The notes: a model not told the origin generated them from the letters alone. A DNA stretch of 64,000 nucleotides from an uncultured Oligoflexales bacterium (GCA_964560765.1 CAZLMG010000003.1:41705-105704), one strand, 5' to 3'. Positions 19,659-30,607 are shown, numbered from the stretch's first letter. Translations and numbers: made by a program.

Positions 19659-22600
19659 TCAAAGACGCATGCGTGTTGCAAACTGCATGAGAAGGGCCGA
19701 CAAGCGGGCAAGCTTGAAGATCTCACCTGGAAAGATGGCCGGTCCGTTTACCAGGTCGCGCGCTGTCAGATGCTCAATCATGCCTACTAAGTCCAGAGTT
19801 TCGCTTAGCGTCTTTGCATACAGCTGCAGGCGCATGGCATCCCAAAGCTCGATCAGACGCTCCTCGCTGAAACGCCCTATTTTGTCCAGACGCAATCGCA
19901 AGTCATCTTCGTCCATGCGACGCATGGCCGCCTCAGTCGGACTGCGCGGACCCAAAAGCGCAACTCGCACGCGCTCCGTCGCCGTACGTTCCAGTAACTG
20001 GCGAATCTGCAGCGTCACTGGAAAAACCTGCGTCCTGGGATTCAAGGCAAGCGGAATGAAATACTGATTCTTCACCGACTGAATCATAAAGAGTATAGCA
20101 TGCATCAGATGTGTCGGCGGCAACGACGCGTAATGAGCCAAGTCACAGTACAAACTGCGCTGGCTACCATCATAGAACAGCTCTTCTTTCAGCCCTGGCA
20201 GATCAAATAGCTGAAAACGCTGCTCCTTGAGCCCATCGGCGAACCGCATCATAGCACCACCGCAGACATTGGCATCACTCCACGGTACCTGGCGGCGTTG
20301 ACGATTCAGCGCCTCTGGCGAACCACCTAAACGCCGCAACAGGTAATCCAAAGAGAACCGATCCCGAAACACTTGCACCAAAATGGGGCTGATGGCGTAG
20401 ATAAATCGATGCAGCGAGGAGTTGATCAACGCAAAGCCATCTTCTTTTGGATAACGAGCCTTAGCCTCAAATGGGTAAAATTCAGCGCTCATCGTCCGCC
20501 ACACGGGCCATTGCCAATCGCGCAATGCACCGAGATCACCCACACTCAATGCGGCTACCTGAACAGCCACATGCTTTTCGGTCGCGCTGGCAAAAGCTTG
20601 TTGTAGTAGTCGAGTCACAGCGCCTCGCGGCCAATCCTGCGAAATCGCCGACACTCGCCAATCCAGCTCCGGACTACCAGACTTCGTTTCCGAGTCTGCG
20701 GTGTCCTCTGGCGCCGATGCGTCACTAAATTCTGCCGGCAACTGTACCGCTGCCTTCGGTGCTGACGAAGGCTTTGCAACTTCCGCGGGTACAACATCAC
20801 GCAATCGAGGGTTGATAGACTCTGGCAATTTTGAAAGTGGGGCTACGATTTCTTCGCGAAGATGCCCTTTACGAGCACTCAATTTTGGAGGAGCAGGCAG
20901 CGACGGCTGGTGTATCAGCGCTCGCAATTTGGGACGTGGCGCATCACCACTTGGCGGCATGGGGAACTCACCCGCCACTTTGGCGTTTGCCAGAACCGGC
21001 TCACGCAAAGGTACGCCTTCTTGAAGGGCACGGAATTCCTCGCGCAGTGACTCAAATGTCACCGGATAATCCAGTAAGGACTCAGGATTCTTTACGACCA
21101 TGGGTAGAATGCGACGAAGATGCACCAACAAAGGCTCTCGCATCTGCCGTTCGCGCAGCATGAAATACAGGGGCATCCATAATCGCTCATCCTGATTTTT
21201 TTCCTCGATGGCCATAGTCAGAGCCTGAACGCCCTCATCGCCGGTAGACCCTTGTTGAAAATATCGAAGTCCAATCCACACCAATGCCTCATACCAACCA
21301 ACCGGCAGATTCTCACGCAAGGCTGCCGCTCGCACTAAATCGGCCTCAATAATGGGCACAATATAGTCCATGTGCATGGCCCCAATGGCCTCGAGAGTAC
21401 TGCTCCAGTAGCTCTGAAAATCTTCGCTCGACTTAAGAAACTCCAGGCCGCGGAGAACCCAATGCGAACTGCTAAATTGATCACGCAAATGCAAAGCTGC
21501 GGCCAATGCATGACCCGCAGCCACGCTACCACCCAGCCGCAGATCCCGCACTTTGCGATCGACTTCTAGCAGTCGCTCCCACGCCGAACTCTCAGCCATT
21601 TTTGCAAACCACATATCAATGGCATGATGTGCGGCTGTCCATTCTCCCCCTTCTGCTGCGGCACGAATCGCTTCGATCGCCTGATCGTCATCACGATAGA
21701 GCCGCGGTACCGACAGCATGCGAACCCATGGACGCATATCCTGAGGTTTGTCCCCACGAGCAAACAGCCGGGCCGCTTCGGCCCAACGCCGAAGGACCGC
21801 TAAGGACTCGGCTCCACTTTCAACTGCCTGTTCGTACGCCTGAACCACCACATCTTGCGCCTCTTTCTGACGTTCGCCGAGCTCAGCAAGCCGTAGCCAA
21901 ATTTTCTGCCTGCGACGCTCATCCTGAGCTAATTCAGCCTGTACGCGGAGAACGCGGACGGCATGCTCAAAGGTAACCGCATCGACACACAATCGATCCA
22001 GGAGCGATAAGTCTCGATCTGACAACTCGACTTTTTGGGAAAGCACGTCTAAGCAATCTAGACTTTTCTCGGCTCCATCATCGAATGTCATAAGGATCTC
22101 GAGACCCTCGCGCGCGTGTTTGGCAGCTTGCGGACTCGCAGATTTTAGAGCTGATAGCCAGTGAAAGACGCCCAAGTCTCGCGATCTAGCTGACATGATG
22201 TGAAGGGCCTGATCCATAGTCAACTCAGGCAACACACCGCCTGCCATGAGACGCAGGACGAAAGGCTTCGCTTGCGAGTAAGCTCGCCTCTTGAGCAGCG
22301 TGCTCAATGCTTTTCTAGCCACCTCATTGCTGTCGTCTGCAACCTCTACTTGCTGCAACATCACCTTGGCAAGAAGCTCTGGAGGGCATTGCTCTCCATT
22401 CTCCTGCAAGACGTCCGCAGCCTGCTCCAACCAATGTCGACGACGCATCTCTATCTGAGAACGAGCTACGACCTGCTGCAGAAAATTTTCAAAATCGGCA
22501 AAGAGTCCGCGCTGAGAGTACGCCACCAAACGCATTTGCACGGGTGACTCATCATCAGGATTCTCTTCAAATAGCTGGATGGCAATTCGATCCAACATGC

Positions 22601-24884
22601 CAGCATCAGCACCTTGCGGCAATCGCAATAGGCGCATTCCAAGGTCGCGGCGCTCCTCGATGCCCACTTGAGACAGACGCACCGAGCACAGGGCGGCGAC
22701 TCTCTGGAATTGCTTCTGCGCACTCATCGTATCCAAAACGCGATAGAACAGAGTGCGGTCAACGAGTCCAACCGCACTTGCCTTTTCCACCAGTTTTTCG
22801 GCAAGCCCGTCGTCGCTGAGATACTCCCAGCAGACGCGCGCTAGTGTCTCATAGCGTCGATGCTGCTCCAAAGTGTCTTCCAATACATCCGTCGATGTCG
22901 TAAAGGCGTCAACAACGGACTGCCATGCCTCTGCATTCAGCAGCCAACGCTTTGCATCTTCAAGATCCTCCATCACCTCACATCGATGTTCAGCCAACGA
23001 AGTTAGCATCCTCGCCGCACGATTCGGATCCGTTAGCTTCTCAAGGATGATCGCCTTGTATTCGCCCCAAACCTGGCGCACTTGCGCTTGATTCTGGATG
23101 GCGAGGAGCTCGTTCAGCGACTCTTCAAGAACATCGGCCAGTTTGGAAAATTCGTTGGTCTCTCGATATAATCTTTGCAATTGCGCATTCGCCTGTTTGG
23201 TCCCGCGCTCACTCTGCAACCGGCGTAAGCGCAATTCAGCCATATCCGGCCGATGCAGTTCCCGCCGCCAAAGCTCTGCTAATCGTTCCTCGAGCTTTAG
23301 CAGATCGTCGGCCGACAAATCAGCACGCTGTGCCTCGATAGTGCTTGTAAGTAGTTCCACCGCCTCCTCTGGGCGTTTTTGCTCTACCAGCAAATCGCAG
23401 CTCAGAATTGCGGCATTTGCCGACGACGGGTCTTGGGCCAGCGATTCACGGGCATGTACAGAAGCTCTTTCAATGTCGGCCTGTAGTTCCACCGCTAAGC
23501 CAGCCAATCGAAGATGCGCCTCCGACAGAAATTTGCGCCGGCGTTCAACGGCTACATAGCGATCTAAATATCGCTGTTCCAAAGCAGGCTCGTTGGCGGC
23601 CTTTACCAGACGCGACAAGCGCAGAAGCACCTGCGGCATTTCACCTGTAGCAGCTAACATTCGCTCATAGCATGCCTGTGCTTGGCGCCAATCGCGCCCC
23701 TCCCATCCGAGGCCCAACATGGCAGGTATGACGTACCTCGAAGTCGGTAACTCTTCAAACGCCGTTACGTCACTCAATAGCTGTCGCGTGAGTTCGGATA
23801 GGTGCGGCAACGCTTCTGCGCATCTGTCGATGGCAAAAAGCGCCTGAATCAGCGCGCTGCGCAGCAAAAGGCAGGTCGGCTCGTCGCGAACACCCCGCAC
23901 GAGGTCTGCCCAAACTTCGGATGATGGCTTCGCCACAGCTAGGCAGATCCTTCGCAGCATATAGAGTCGATCCCGTGGCACCAGCATTCGCTCTTGTAGT
24001 GCACTTTCAGCTACTCGCTCACCACGCACCAACTGTCGCTCCAATCCATCATGGATACTGACAATCTCCCGCGACTCAAGCAGACCCAGCGATGGCACCA
24101 AGCGCAGCTTCTCGCCGGAATTCTGCGGCAGCGCTTCCGGCATTTCGCCAAACTCAAAACTTAACCCCGTCCGATCGCGCGCTGGCAAAGTCGCACACAC
24201 AGGGTGAAATGACTCCATGGCATCCAGCGCTTCGACGTCTTCATCTTTCGCGCCCAGGAGCGAGGCGGCCACGCGAACCGCGCTCAGCCTGGCCTCAAAA
24301 ACCGAGCGAATATCCCACGCTGGGGTGTATCTTCCCGCCCCAGAAGCCGATCGCGTCAAAAGATCGATCCCGCTCGCTATCGCGCCCTCTGGCACGTCCC
24401 CAAGCGCAAAGCTGTCCGCAATCGCCAAGACCAGGTCCTGGCGATCGGCAACCATCTGATAGCAGACGCCGATCATTCCACCCACGGGCAGGACATCACG
24501 CCCCGCAGAAGTGACATCACCTGAGGCAAAGGCCAGGAGAAGCCAATGCCGCCCCCGACGATCACGAGCATGGTCGATACTGGCGATGCCCCAGCCAGTG
24601 TTTTGGCGCAGACTTGCCGTCAGCGCATCTTGATACGCAGGGATATTGAGGTATAGGCGCAGCCCACGATGACGAAAATGCTCCTCGGCACCAGCAATAT
24701 CCCAGGCCACGAGGGTCCACGGAGTGATGGCCCGCCAGGATCCCGTCGTCTCCTTTGCCGTTTGGACGACCGAGACTGCATCACCGCTAAAACGCCAACG
24801 GGCGGCGCCAGCGTGATGGGCAGGTTTGAAACCCAAGTTCGCTAAACGCGTCGGCATATCGATGTTCTGACGCTTGCCCGGCAT
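19659..24884 (-). CDS. Giant (1741 aa) helical-repeat/TPR-like protein of unknown function
   Basis: Uninterrupted ORF with GGAAGGG upstream of the ATG. Long stretches look like TPR-like helical hairpins. There is a Pro-rich segment (PMPPSGDAPRPKLRALIHQPSLPAPPKL). I saw no Walker A or other catalytic motif. Confidence 0.7.
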   Translation of the reverse strand: MPGKRQNIDMPTRLANLGFKPAHHAGAARWRFSGDAVSVVQTAKETTGSWRAITPWTLVAWDIAGAEEHFRHRGLRLYLNIPAYQDALTASLRQNTGWGIASIDHARDRRGRHWLLLAFASGDVTSAGRDVLPVGGMIGVCYQMVADRQDLVLAIADSFALGDVPEGAIASGIDLLTRSASGAGRYTPAWDIRSVFEARLSAVRVAASLLGAKDEDVEALDAMESFHPVCATLPARDRTGLSFEFGEMPEALPQNSGEKLRLVPSLGLLESREIVSIHDGLERQLVRGERVAESALQERMLVPRDRLYMLRRICLAVAKPSSEVWADLVRGVRDEPTCLLLRSALIQALFAIDRCAEALPHLSELTRQLLSDVTAFEELPTSRYVIPAMLGLGWEGRDWRQAQACYERMLAATGEMPQVLLRLSRLVKAANEPALEQRYLDRYVAVERRRKFLSEAHLRLAGLAVELQADIERASVHARESLAQDPSSANAAILSCDLLVEQKRPEEAVELLTSTIEAQRADLSADDLLKLEERLAELWRRELHRPDMAELRLRRLQSERGTKQANAQLQRLYRETNEFSKLADVLEESLNELLAIQNQAQVRQVWGEYKAIILEKLTDPNRAARMLTSLAEHRCEVMEDLEDAKRWLLNAEAWQSVVDAFTTSTDVLEDTLEQHRRYETLARVCWEYLSDDGLAEKLVEKASAVGLVDRTLFYRVLDTMSAQKQFQRVAALCSVRLSQVGIEERRDLGMRLLRLPQGADAGMLDRIAIQLFEENPDDESPVQMRLVAYSQRGLFADFENFLQQVVARSQIEMRRRHWLEQAADVLQENGEQCPPELLAKVMLQQVEVADDSNEVARKALSTLLKRRAYSQAKPFVLRLMAGGVLPELTMDQALHIMSARSRDLGVFHWLSALKSASPQAAKHAREGLEILMTFDDGAEKSLDCLDVLSQKVELSDRDLSLLDRLCVDAVTFEHAVRVLRVQAELAQDERRRQKIWLRLAELGERQKEAQDVVVQAYEQAVESGAESLAVLRRWAEAARLFARGDKPQDMRPWVRMLSVPRLYRDDDQAIEAIRAAAEGGEWTAAHHAIDMWFAKMAESSAWERLLEVDRKVRDLRLGGSVAAGHALAAALHLRDQFSSSHWVLRGLEFLKSSEDFQSYWSSTLEAIGAMHMDYIVPIIEADLVRAAALRENLPVGWYEALVWIGLRYFQQGSTGDEGVQALTMAIEEKNQDERLWMPLYFMLRERQMREPLLVHLRRILPMVVKNPESLLDYPVTFESLREEFRALQEGVPLREPVLANAKVAGEFPMPPSGDAPRPKLRALIHQPSLPAPPKLSARKGHLREEIVAPLSKLPESINPRLRDVVPAEVAKPSSAPKAAVQLPAEFSDASAPEDTADSETKSGSPELDWRVSAISQDWPRGAVTRLLQQAFASATEKHVAVQVAALSVGDLGALRDWQWPVWRTMSAEFYPFEAKARYPKEDGFALINSSLHRFIYAISPILVQVFRDRFSLDYLLRRLGGSPEALNRQRRQVPWSDANVCGGAMMRFADGLKEQRFQLFDLPGLKEELFYDGSQRSLYCDLAHYASLPPTHLMHAILFMIQSVKNQYFIPLALNPRTQVFPVTLQIRQLLERTATERVRVALLGPRSPTEAAMRRMDEDDLRLRLDKIGRFSEERLIELWDAMRLQLYAKTLSETLDLVGMIEHLTARDLVNGPAIFPGEIFKLARLSALLMQFATRMRL

Positions 24885-25023
24885 TCACCCTTCCATGTTT
24901 TGGATATTCCTTGCCGTTCTCCTTATCGACAGCCTGAAAAATAGCTTAAGTATCCGCTCTACAAGGAAAAACTTGCCGACTTTCAGCGTCCGATATTTTG
25001 TTGTCGCGAAACTGAGGCTATAC

Positions 25024-25051
25024 TTGAAACAATTTCGCCCTGATCGATAAA
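25024..25051 (+). promoter_or_regulatory. Candidate sigma70-type promoter for the 25080 gene
   Basis: TTGAAA (25024-25029), a 16-nt spacer, then GATAAA (25046-25051), about 30 nt upstream of the GAGGA RBS and ATG. The match to consensus is partial. Confidence 0.3.
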
Positions 25052-25079
25052 TGCACTTATTTGCCATGCGAGGATTGGG

Positions 25080-26384
25080 ATGTTCCACAAATTGGAACAG
25101 AAGCTGCGCTATATTGAGAGCCATAGGGCTCGTCCCATCGTCGATGATTTGGCTGCAGCCATCGGTCGCAATCTATGCCAACAGCTTCCGACCATCGCCC
25201 CCGGAACTGTCGCGGGCGTGCAGGCGGATGCGGTTTATGGGTTACTCAGGCACCTGCCATGGATCATGGTCACAACTTATCAAGAAGTTCTGAGCGACTT
25301 CCTCGCTCGGCAACACGGCCTGACGCGTGGCGTTGTTGAATCGACAGTTTCTCTTGCCGTCGACCGGCTGCGCAGTATCCTCGACATCCGCGCCAGCGGC
25401 GAAGGAGCTGATCAAGATTTCCTGCGCTATCTGGTTGTCACCACCCTTGTCAGTGGTGATTCGGAGGACTTGGTCACCGAACTCGGGCTCGGCGAAGGCT
25501 TGATCAACAGAATTTTTTTAGTGAATGAGGCTGTGCGTCGTGGCGACGCCATCCACGAGACTGCTGTTACCTATGGCGGTACGGCTGATGCTATGCTGAG
25601 CGATATCATTCAGGAACTACAAGAGGCTAGCCTTGCGGATAGCACGCATATCAGCATCTTGCGCTTACGTTATCTAACACGCGATGCCTCGCAGGAGTTC
25701 TCTGCCCTCACCAATCTGGAGTCATTGCGCGGGATCTATCGCTTGCTTCTGCATGTCGCCCGCGCCCAGTTGGTCGAGTCGAAGTCGCTGAGCGAAACCA
25801 TCCCAGAGATGCTGCCACAGTTTGCCGCGCAATTTACTGCGAACCAAGTATTAGCCCAACTTTCCGCCTTAAGCCTAATGTTTCGCAGCGCCCGGACGCG
25901 CAACGGCAAAATGGAAAAGTGGAGCCTCACGCCACTAGGGCTGGACATCGTTGCAGACGAACTTGCTGACGAGTGGCTGCGACAGCACGATGATGCGTTT
26001 GCAAAGCTATCTGAACAATCATCCAGCGTGCAACGAGCCATCATTCGTAACTTGCAGCGAACCCAACCGAACGCACTGCCTGGAATGCTGCAAAATCAAG
26101 GCATTGTACTTAGCAAAGAAGCCTTGCTGGAATTGCTGGAAGCAATTCGCAGCATCCTGCCGGAACATCAGCTACTCGGAATGCTCTTTGAGTTAGTGCG
26201 TGCGTCGCGCCGTCCATGGGTGCGCTCAACCATCTGCCGGACCGTGCGAAAATTACCACCCAGCGCTGGAGCCAGCCGCGTTTTGCGCGAAATCGTCAAG
26301 TCGGAATCGTCGTCGCAAGTCCGAGACTTGGCGCTGAGTTCGCTGATGGACCTCAGTGCGCGAGAAGCTGCCGCCACGAACTAA
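25080..26384 (+). CDS. Hypothetical helical protein with HEAT-like C-terminal repeats
   Basis: GAGGA lies 5 nt before the ATG. The C-terminus RPWVRSTICRTVRKLPPSAGASRVLREIVKSESSSQVRDLALSSLMDL resembles HEAT/PBS-lyase repeats. The gene is divergent from the giant gene. Confidence 0.5.
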   Translation: MFHKLEQKLRYIESHRARPIVDDLAAAIGRNLCQQLPTIAPGTVAGVQADAVYGLLRHLPWIMVTTYQEVLSDFLARQHGLTRGVVESTVSLAVDRLRSILDIRASGEGADQDFLRYLVVTTLVSGDSEDLVTELGLGEGLINRIFLVNEAVRRGDAIHETAVTYGGTADAMLSDIIQELQEASLADSTHISILRLRYLTRDASQEFSALTNLESLRGIYRLLLHVARAQLVESKSLSETIPEMLPQFAAQFTANQVLAQLSALSLMFRSARTRNGKMEKWSLTPLGLDIVADELADEWLRQHDDAFAKLSEQSSSVQRAIIRNLQRTQPNALPGMLQNQGIVLSKEALLELLEAIRSILPEHQLLGMLFELVRASRRPWVRSTICRTVRKLPPSAGASRVLREIVKSESSSQVRDLALSSLMDLSAREAAATN

Positions 26385-26424
26385 GTTTCACTGGCGCGCC
26401 CGCGTACTGAAGATAAAACGCCGG

Positions 26425-28155
26425 TTAGGAACGGAAAAGTTCGCCCATCTTCTTGCCCATGATCAAAGATGCGCCGATAATGCACGTCGCCAAAATGACC
26501 ATACCAACAATACCCAAAGCGCTAGCAACAAACTCACCACTACCCTGCTCTAAGAACAAAGCATAGATAGCTTTCGTGAGAGGGTAGAAGCGATCCTTCA
26601 TGGCCAAGATTAAGCTGTCGCTAACATCGAGCATGGCATAGGCGAAACACAGCAGACCACCAGCAATCAGGTTGGCCATCACGAGCGGAACAACGATCTT
26701 GCGCATGGTGTAGAAACGCGAGGCACCAAAAGTATACGAGGCTTCTTCCAACGATACGCTCGTTTGCTGCATACCCGCCGTGGCCGAGCGCACCATAAAC
26801 GGTAAACGGCGTATTGCATACGCCATGACCAACAGCGGCATGGGGTTGTCCAGCGGATCAAGGAACGTACCGCTATAGGTCACGACATAACCAAAGGCGA
26901 TGACGATGCCGGGCAACGCCAACGGAATCATCACCAAGCTATCTAACAGTGAAGCCGCAGGAATCAGCTTTCTCACGCAGACATAAGCGATCAATAGTCC
27001 CATCACCAAATCTACGAGTGTCGATAGACCTGCCAAGAAAAAGCTGTTCTTGATACCGATCATAGGCAGCTCGGTTTGGAAGATCGCCTTGTAGTACTGC
27101 AGACTGTACTGTTCAGGCAGGGCGGTCATAAACCAGCGGTCGCTCAGACTGGTGATCAGCACGGAAAGGTGCGGCACCATCGCCAAAAAGATAATTCCGC
27201 CTAAGTAGCCATAGATGATGGGCATCAGCCACAAAGGTGCGCGCACAACGGGACTCGTCACATGGCCGCGCGCCATCATCTCGTACTTCTTGCGACCAAA
27301 GACAAACTTGGAACTAAGAAAAATACACACGGTCAGGAGGATCACCAAGACGACCAAGGCGTAACCCACTGGGTTCTCGTTCACATCCGTCACCAAGTTG
27401 AAAATGCGCACGGGTAGCGTCTGATGATAGCCGACCAAGAGCGGCGTACCCAAGTCGGTCAGCGCCCAGATAAAAACGATAATGCCACCGGCGAACAACC
27501 CAGGGGCCGCTAACGGCCAGATGATATCTTTGAACCGGCGCCACCAAGGAGTCCCCAGAGTCGCCGCCATCTCTTCCAACGATGGATCGATGTTGGCCAT
27601 GGCAGCCGTCAGGTTCAAATACATAATGGGAAATAGATGTAGAACTTCCAGCAAAACGACAGCCCAAAACTTATTGCCATCGCTGAGCCAATCAATGGGC
27701 GCATCGATGAAACCATTCTCCATCAGCCAAATATTGACTGCACCTCGGCGCGCAAAGAAGCGCTGAATGCCGATAGCCCCAACGAAAGGCGGCATGATCA
27801 TCGGCACCAACAAGAGACCCGAAAGAATTCCCTTACCGGGAAAATCAAAGCGCGTCGCAAAAATAGCCAGCGGTAACGTGATGATTAAGGTGATGAACGT
27901 GGTTGCGATGCCAATCCACAGACTATTGACGATAGCGCTCGTCTGCAGGTCATTGGCAAACAGCAGTGAAAAATAAGACAAGCTGAACGAGCCATCATGC
28001 ACGAAGGCGCGCGTGACGATGACACCGACGGGCAATACCAAAAAGAAGAACAGGACCGCCAGGGTGGTGCCCATGGTGCCCCATCCCAGGATCTTGGCTG
28101 CATTGCGGCGCCAAGCGGAGCTTTCATCAGGTGTCGACAAGACTTCGCTGCTCAT
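26425..28155 (-). CDS. ABC importer permease, fused two-domain (FbpB/ThiP-like)
   Basis: 576 aa with about 12 hydrophobic helices in two repeated halves. The start overlaps the ATPase stop by 4 nt (28152..28155). Confidence 0.8.
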   Translation of the reverse strand: MSSEVLSTPDESSAWRRNAAKILGWGTMGTTLAVLFFFLVLPVGVIVTRAFVHDGSFSLSYFSLLFANDLQTSAIVNSLWIGIATTFITLIITLPLAIFATRFDFPGKGILSGLLLVPMIMPPFVGAIGIQRFFARRGAVNIWLMENGFIDAPIDWLSDGNKFWAVVLLEVLHLFPIMYLNLTAAMANIDPSLEEMAATLGTPWWRRFKDIIWPLAAPGLFAGGIIVFIWALTDLGTPLLVGYHQTLPVRIFNLVTDVNENPVGYALVVLVILLTVCIFLSSKFVFGRKKYEMMARGHVTSPVVRAPLWLMPIIYGYLGGIIFLAMVPHLSVLITSLSDRWFMTALPEQYSLQYYKAIFQTELPMIGIKNSFFLAGLSTLVDLVMGLLIAYVCVRKLIPAASLLDSLVMIPLALPGIVIAFGYVVTYSGTFLDPLDNPMPLLVMAYAIRRLPFMVRSATAGMQQTSVSLEEASYTFGASRFYTMRKIVVPLVMANLIAGGLLCFAYAMLDVSDSLILAMKDRFYPLTKAIYALFLEQGSGEFVASALGIVGMVILATCIIGASLIMGKKMGELFRS

Positions 28156-29240
28156 GTGCGGGTCAAAACCTCAGACTCGGGTTTGAGCAACAGGACATCC
28201 TTGGGATCGACGCGAAAGGCTATGGACTCGCCATCTTGCAAGCGGTGCTCGGGCACATGAAACAGGGCTGCGCGCAAATGCAACGCTTCACCGACACGCA
28301 TAAAAAATTGCTCAGACTCGCCAAGGTACGTCATATGCTCCAGATGTGCCTGCTTCACATCATCGCCACCCTTGGCTCCATCCATCAGTACCTGCATTGC
28401 TTCCGGACGAATCGAAACCGAAACGGGATCGCCTTCACGAAAGCCTCGCGCCTCCGCAGCGACAAAGGTGCCAGCAGCGGTCTTGGCCGCAGGCATGCCA
28501 TTGACGCTGGTAAACGTACCGGCGAGCAAATTCGTCTCGCCAATAAATGAGGCGATGAACGGTGTCGCTGGATGTTGATACAAGCGGCGGGGAGTGTCCG
28601 TTTGAATCATGTTGCCCGCATTCATCACCGAAACGTCCGTGCCCATAGACAGCGCTTCTTTCTGATCATGGGTCACATAGACCGTGGTCAAACGGGTCTG
28701 GCGGTGAATGCGCAGTATGTTGTCGCGCATCTCTAATCTGAGTTTTGCATCTAAGTTGGAAAGCGGCTCGTCAAGCAACAGCACGGATGGGCGAATGGCC
28801 AAAGCACGAGCCAACGCCACACGCTGCTGCTGACCACCGGAAAGCTGGCCGGGGTAACGATCGATATATGGGCCCAATTGGGTAATCGAAAGTACTTCGT
28901 CCAAGCGTTGCGCAATTTCCGACTTGCTCAGTTTACGCAGGCGCAGACCATACTCGATGTTTTTGCGGACGGTCATGTGGGGCCAAAGGGCATAGTTTTG
29001 AAACACCATGCCAATGTTCCGTTCCGCCGCCGGAACCGTCGTCACGTCACGCCCCGCAAAGAGAATGCGACCAGAGGTCGGTTTCTCCAGGCCCGCAAGC
29101 ATGCGCAGCGTTGTTGTTTTCCCGCATCCAGACGGGCCCAAGAAAAAATGCAGGGCACCGTCATTGATGTCTAGGTTTAGGTCGCGAACGGCAACCGTAT
29201 TGCCATAACGCTTGGTAAGATTCTCTAGCTGGACCTTCAT
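28152..29240 (-). CDS. ABC transporter ATP-binding protein (PotA/FbpC/MalK type with TOBE-like C-terminus)
   Basis: Walker A GPSGCGKTT, signature LSGGQQQRVALARAL, Walker B LLLDEPLSNLD, H-loop VTHD. Confidence 0.92.
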   Translation of the reverse strand: MKVQLENLTKRYGNTVAVRDLNLDINDGALHFFLGPSGCGKTTTLRMLAGLEKPTSGRILFAGRDVTTVPAAERNIGMVFQNYALWPHMTVRKNIEYGLRLRKLSKSEIAQRLDEVLSITQLGPYIDRYPGQLSGGQQQRVALARALAIRPSVLLLDEPLSNLDAKLRLEMRDNILRIHRQTRLTTVYVTHDQKEALSMGTDVSVMNAGNMIQTDTPRRLYQHPATPFIASFIGETNLLAGTFTSVNGMPAAKTAAGTFVAAEARGFREGDPVSVSIRPEAMQVLMDGAKGGDDVKQAHLEHMTYLGESEQFFMRVGEALHLRAALFHVPEHRLQDGESIAFRVDPKDVLLLKPESEVLTRT

Positions 29241-29293
29241 GTACCACTCTCTGCTTCAGAATCCGCATCAACCCGCACGACAATTGCCACAGC

Positions 29294-30607
29294 TCAGAGA
29301 GTGGGCGTCGCTCCCGACTTCAAGGCGCTATATTTCTTGCGGGCAAAGGCCACCCACTCGTTGATGTGCTTATTGCGCACAACTTCGTTGCTCCACTTAT
29401 CCGCAAGCTTGTCGAACTCAGCGGCAGTCACCGGCATTTTACCCAGCGCCGCGATCTGCTCGGGGCGGGCGCCGTTGCGAATCACGACTTCCCAAGCCTC
29501 TTTCAATTCTTTATGCGTATCGACCAGCAAAGCACCCACAAGGTCATCCAAAACGGGCTTCTGTCGTCCCATCTTGTTGTAATCCACTTTCAATACGGCT
29601 GGCATGGCAAAAGGATTCACACCACCGACGCGGCGACCTTCGGTTTCTTTGTAGGCGATGGGGTTAGCGGACATACGCGCCAATACCGAAAGGCTTGGAC
29701 CGTCTTTTTGCCCCATAGGCAGCAGCAACAATTTCTGAGCTTCGGTGCCAAGAACGTAGTCCACAAAACGCTCGGCAACTTTTCGATTCGGCGCGCCGCG
29801 CAAAATGCCGATCGGATCCGAATCCAAGATTGTTTGTCCTGCTGGCAGCAAGAAACCCACGTTTTTCTCGCCCAAATCCGCAATTTTCGCCAACGCATAG
29901 TAGTCGATAGCCATGGCCGCTGCCACGTCACCGCTGACCACCGCCTTAATCGGATCGGAGCTGGAGTGAGTGAAGGCTTTGGTATTGCCGGCGATGCGCG
30001 TCATCATCTCCCAACCCTTGTCCCAGCCCATGCTCTCGACCACGATGGCGTTCATGGAACTGGCGGTGCCCGATCGACGTGGATCGGTGACACTGACCAA
30101 GTTCAACATCTTGGGCTGACCCAAGTCATCCCAACGAGTTGGCTCGACCATGCCCTCCAACTTCAGCAACGGGCGGTTGATGAAGATACCAAAGGAAGAA
30201 AGCGCAGCCGCATACCAGGTCTGACTCTTATCGTAAGTAGGTGTGCCGGCGATGGCTTCTGGCACAAGTTCTTGCACACCCTTTGGCAGTTCGTACTTGT
30301 CGAGGTACTTGTCAGAACTGAGGTCGATAAACGTCGACGTGCCGCCGCCCCAGAAGATATCGATACCCGAAGTTTTGCTGTTCTGCGCATACTTGGCCCG
30401 AATGAAGCGCACGTCGTCGGTGGTGCCACCTTGATCGATCCACTCGACGTCCACTGGCGCTTTGAAAGTCGCACGATAGTATTGCTTAAAGCGGGGAATG
30501 AATTCGTCTTGAACGGATTTGCGATGGGGCGAGATGATGACTAACTTATCGAGACCAAAAGCCGTGACAGCATGAGTAAGCGCCAGGAAGAACCAAATCT
30601 TTCGCAC
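29294..30607 (-). CDS. Periplasmic ABC substrate-binding protein (iron(III)/polyamine-type family)
   Basis: It is the first gene of the SBP-ATPase-permease operon. The GTG at 30607 is preceded by GAGGAGG (6-nt spacer). Signal peptide is RKIWFFLALTHAVTAFG. Substrate is not assignable from sequence. Confidence 0.75.
   Translation of the reverse strand: MRKIWFFLALTHAVTAFGLDKLVIISPHRKSVQDEFIPRFKQYYRATFKAPVDVEWIDQGGTTDDVRFIRAKYAQNSKTSGIDIFWGGGTSTFIDLSSDKYLDKYELPKGVQELVPEAIAGTPTYDKSQTWYAAALSSFGIFINRPLLKLEGMVEPTRWDDLGQPKMLNLVSVTDPRRSGTASSMNAIVVESMGWDKGWEMMTRIAGNTKAFTHSSSDPIKAVVSGDVAAAMAIDYYALAKIADLGEKNVGFLLPAGQTILDSDPIGILRGAPNRKVAERFVDYVLGTEAQKLLLLPMGQKDGPSLSVLARMSANPIAYKETEGRRVGGVNPFAMPAVLKVDYNKMGRQKPVLDDLVGALLVDTHKELKEAWEVVIRNGARPEQIAALGKMPVTAAEFDKLADKWSNEVVRNKHINEWVAFARKKYSALKSGATPTL

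Noticed and set aside
29366-30544. 392-aa ORF on the plus strand, antisense to the ABC binding-protein gene
   Set aside because: It fully overlaps a gene with clear family motifs, an RBS and a signal peptide. Its translation is Arg/His/Gly-rich and low-complexity. This is a typical shadow ORF of a GC-rich coding region.
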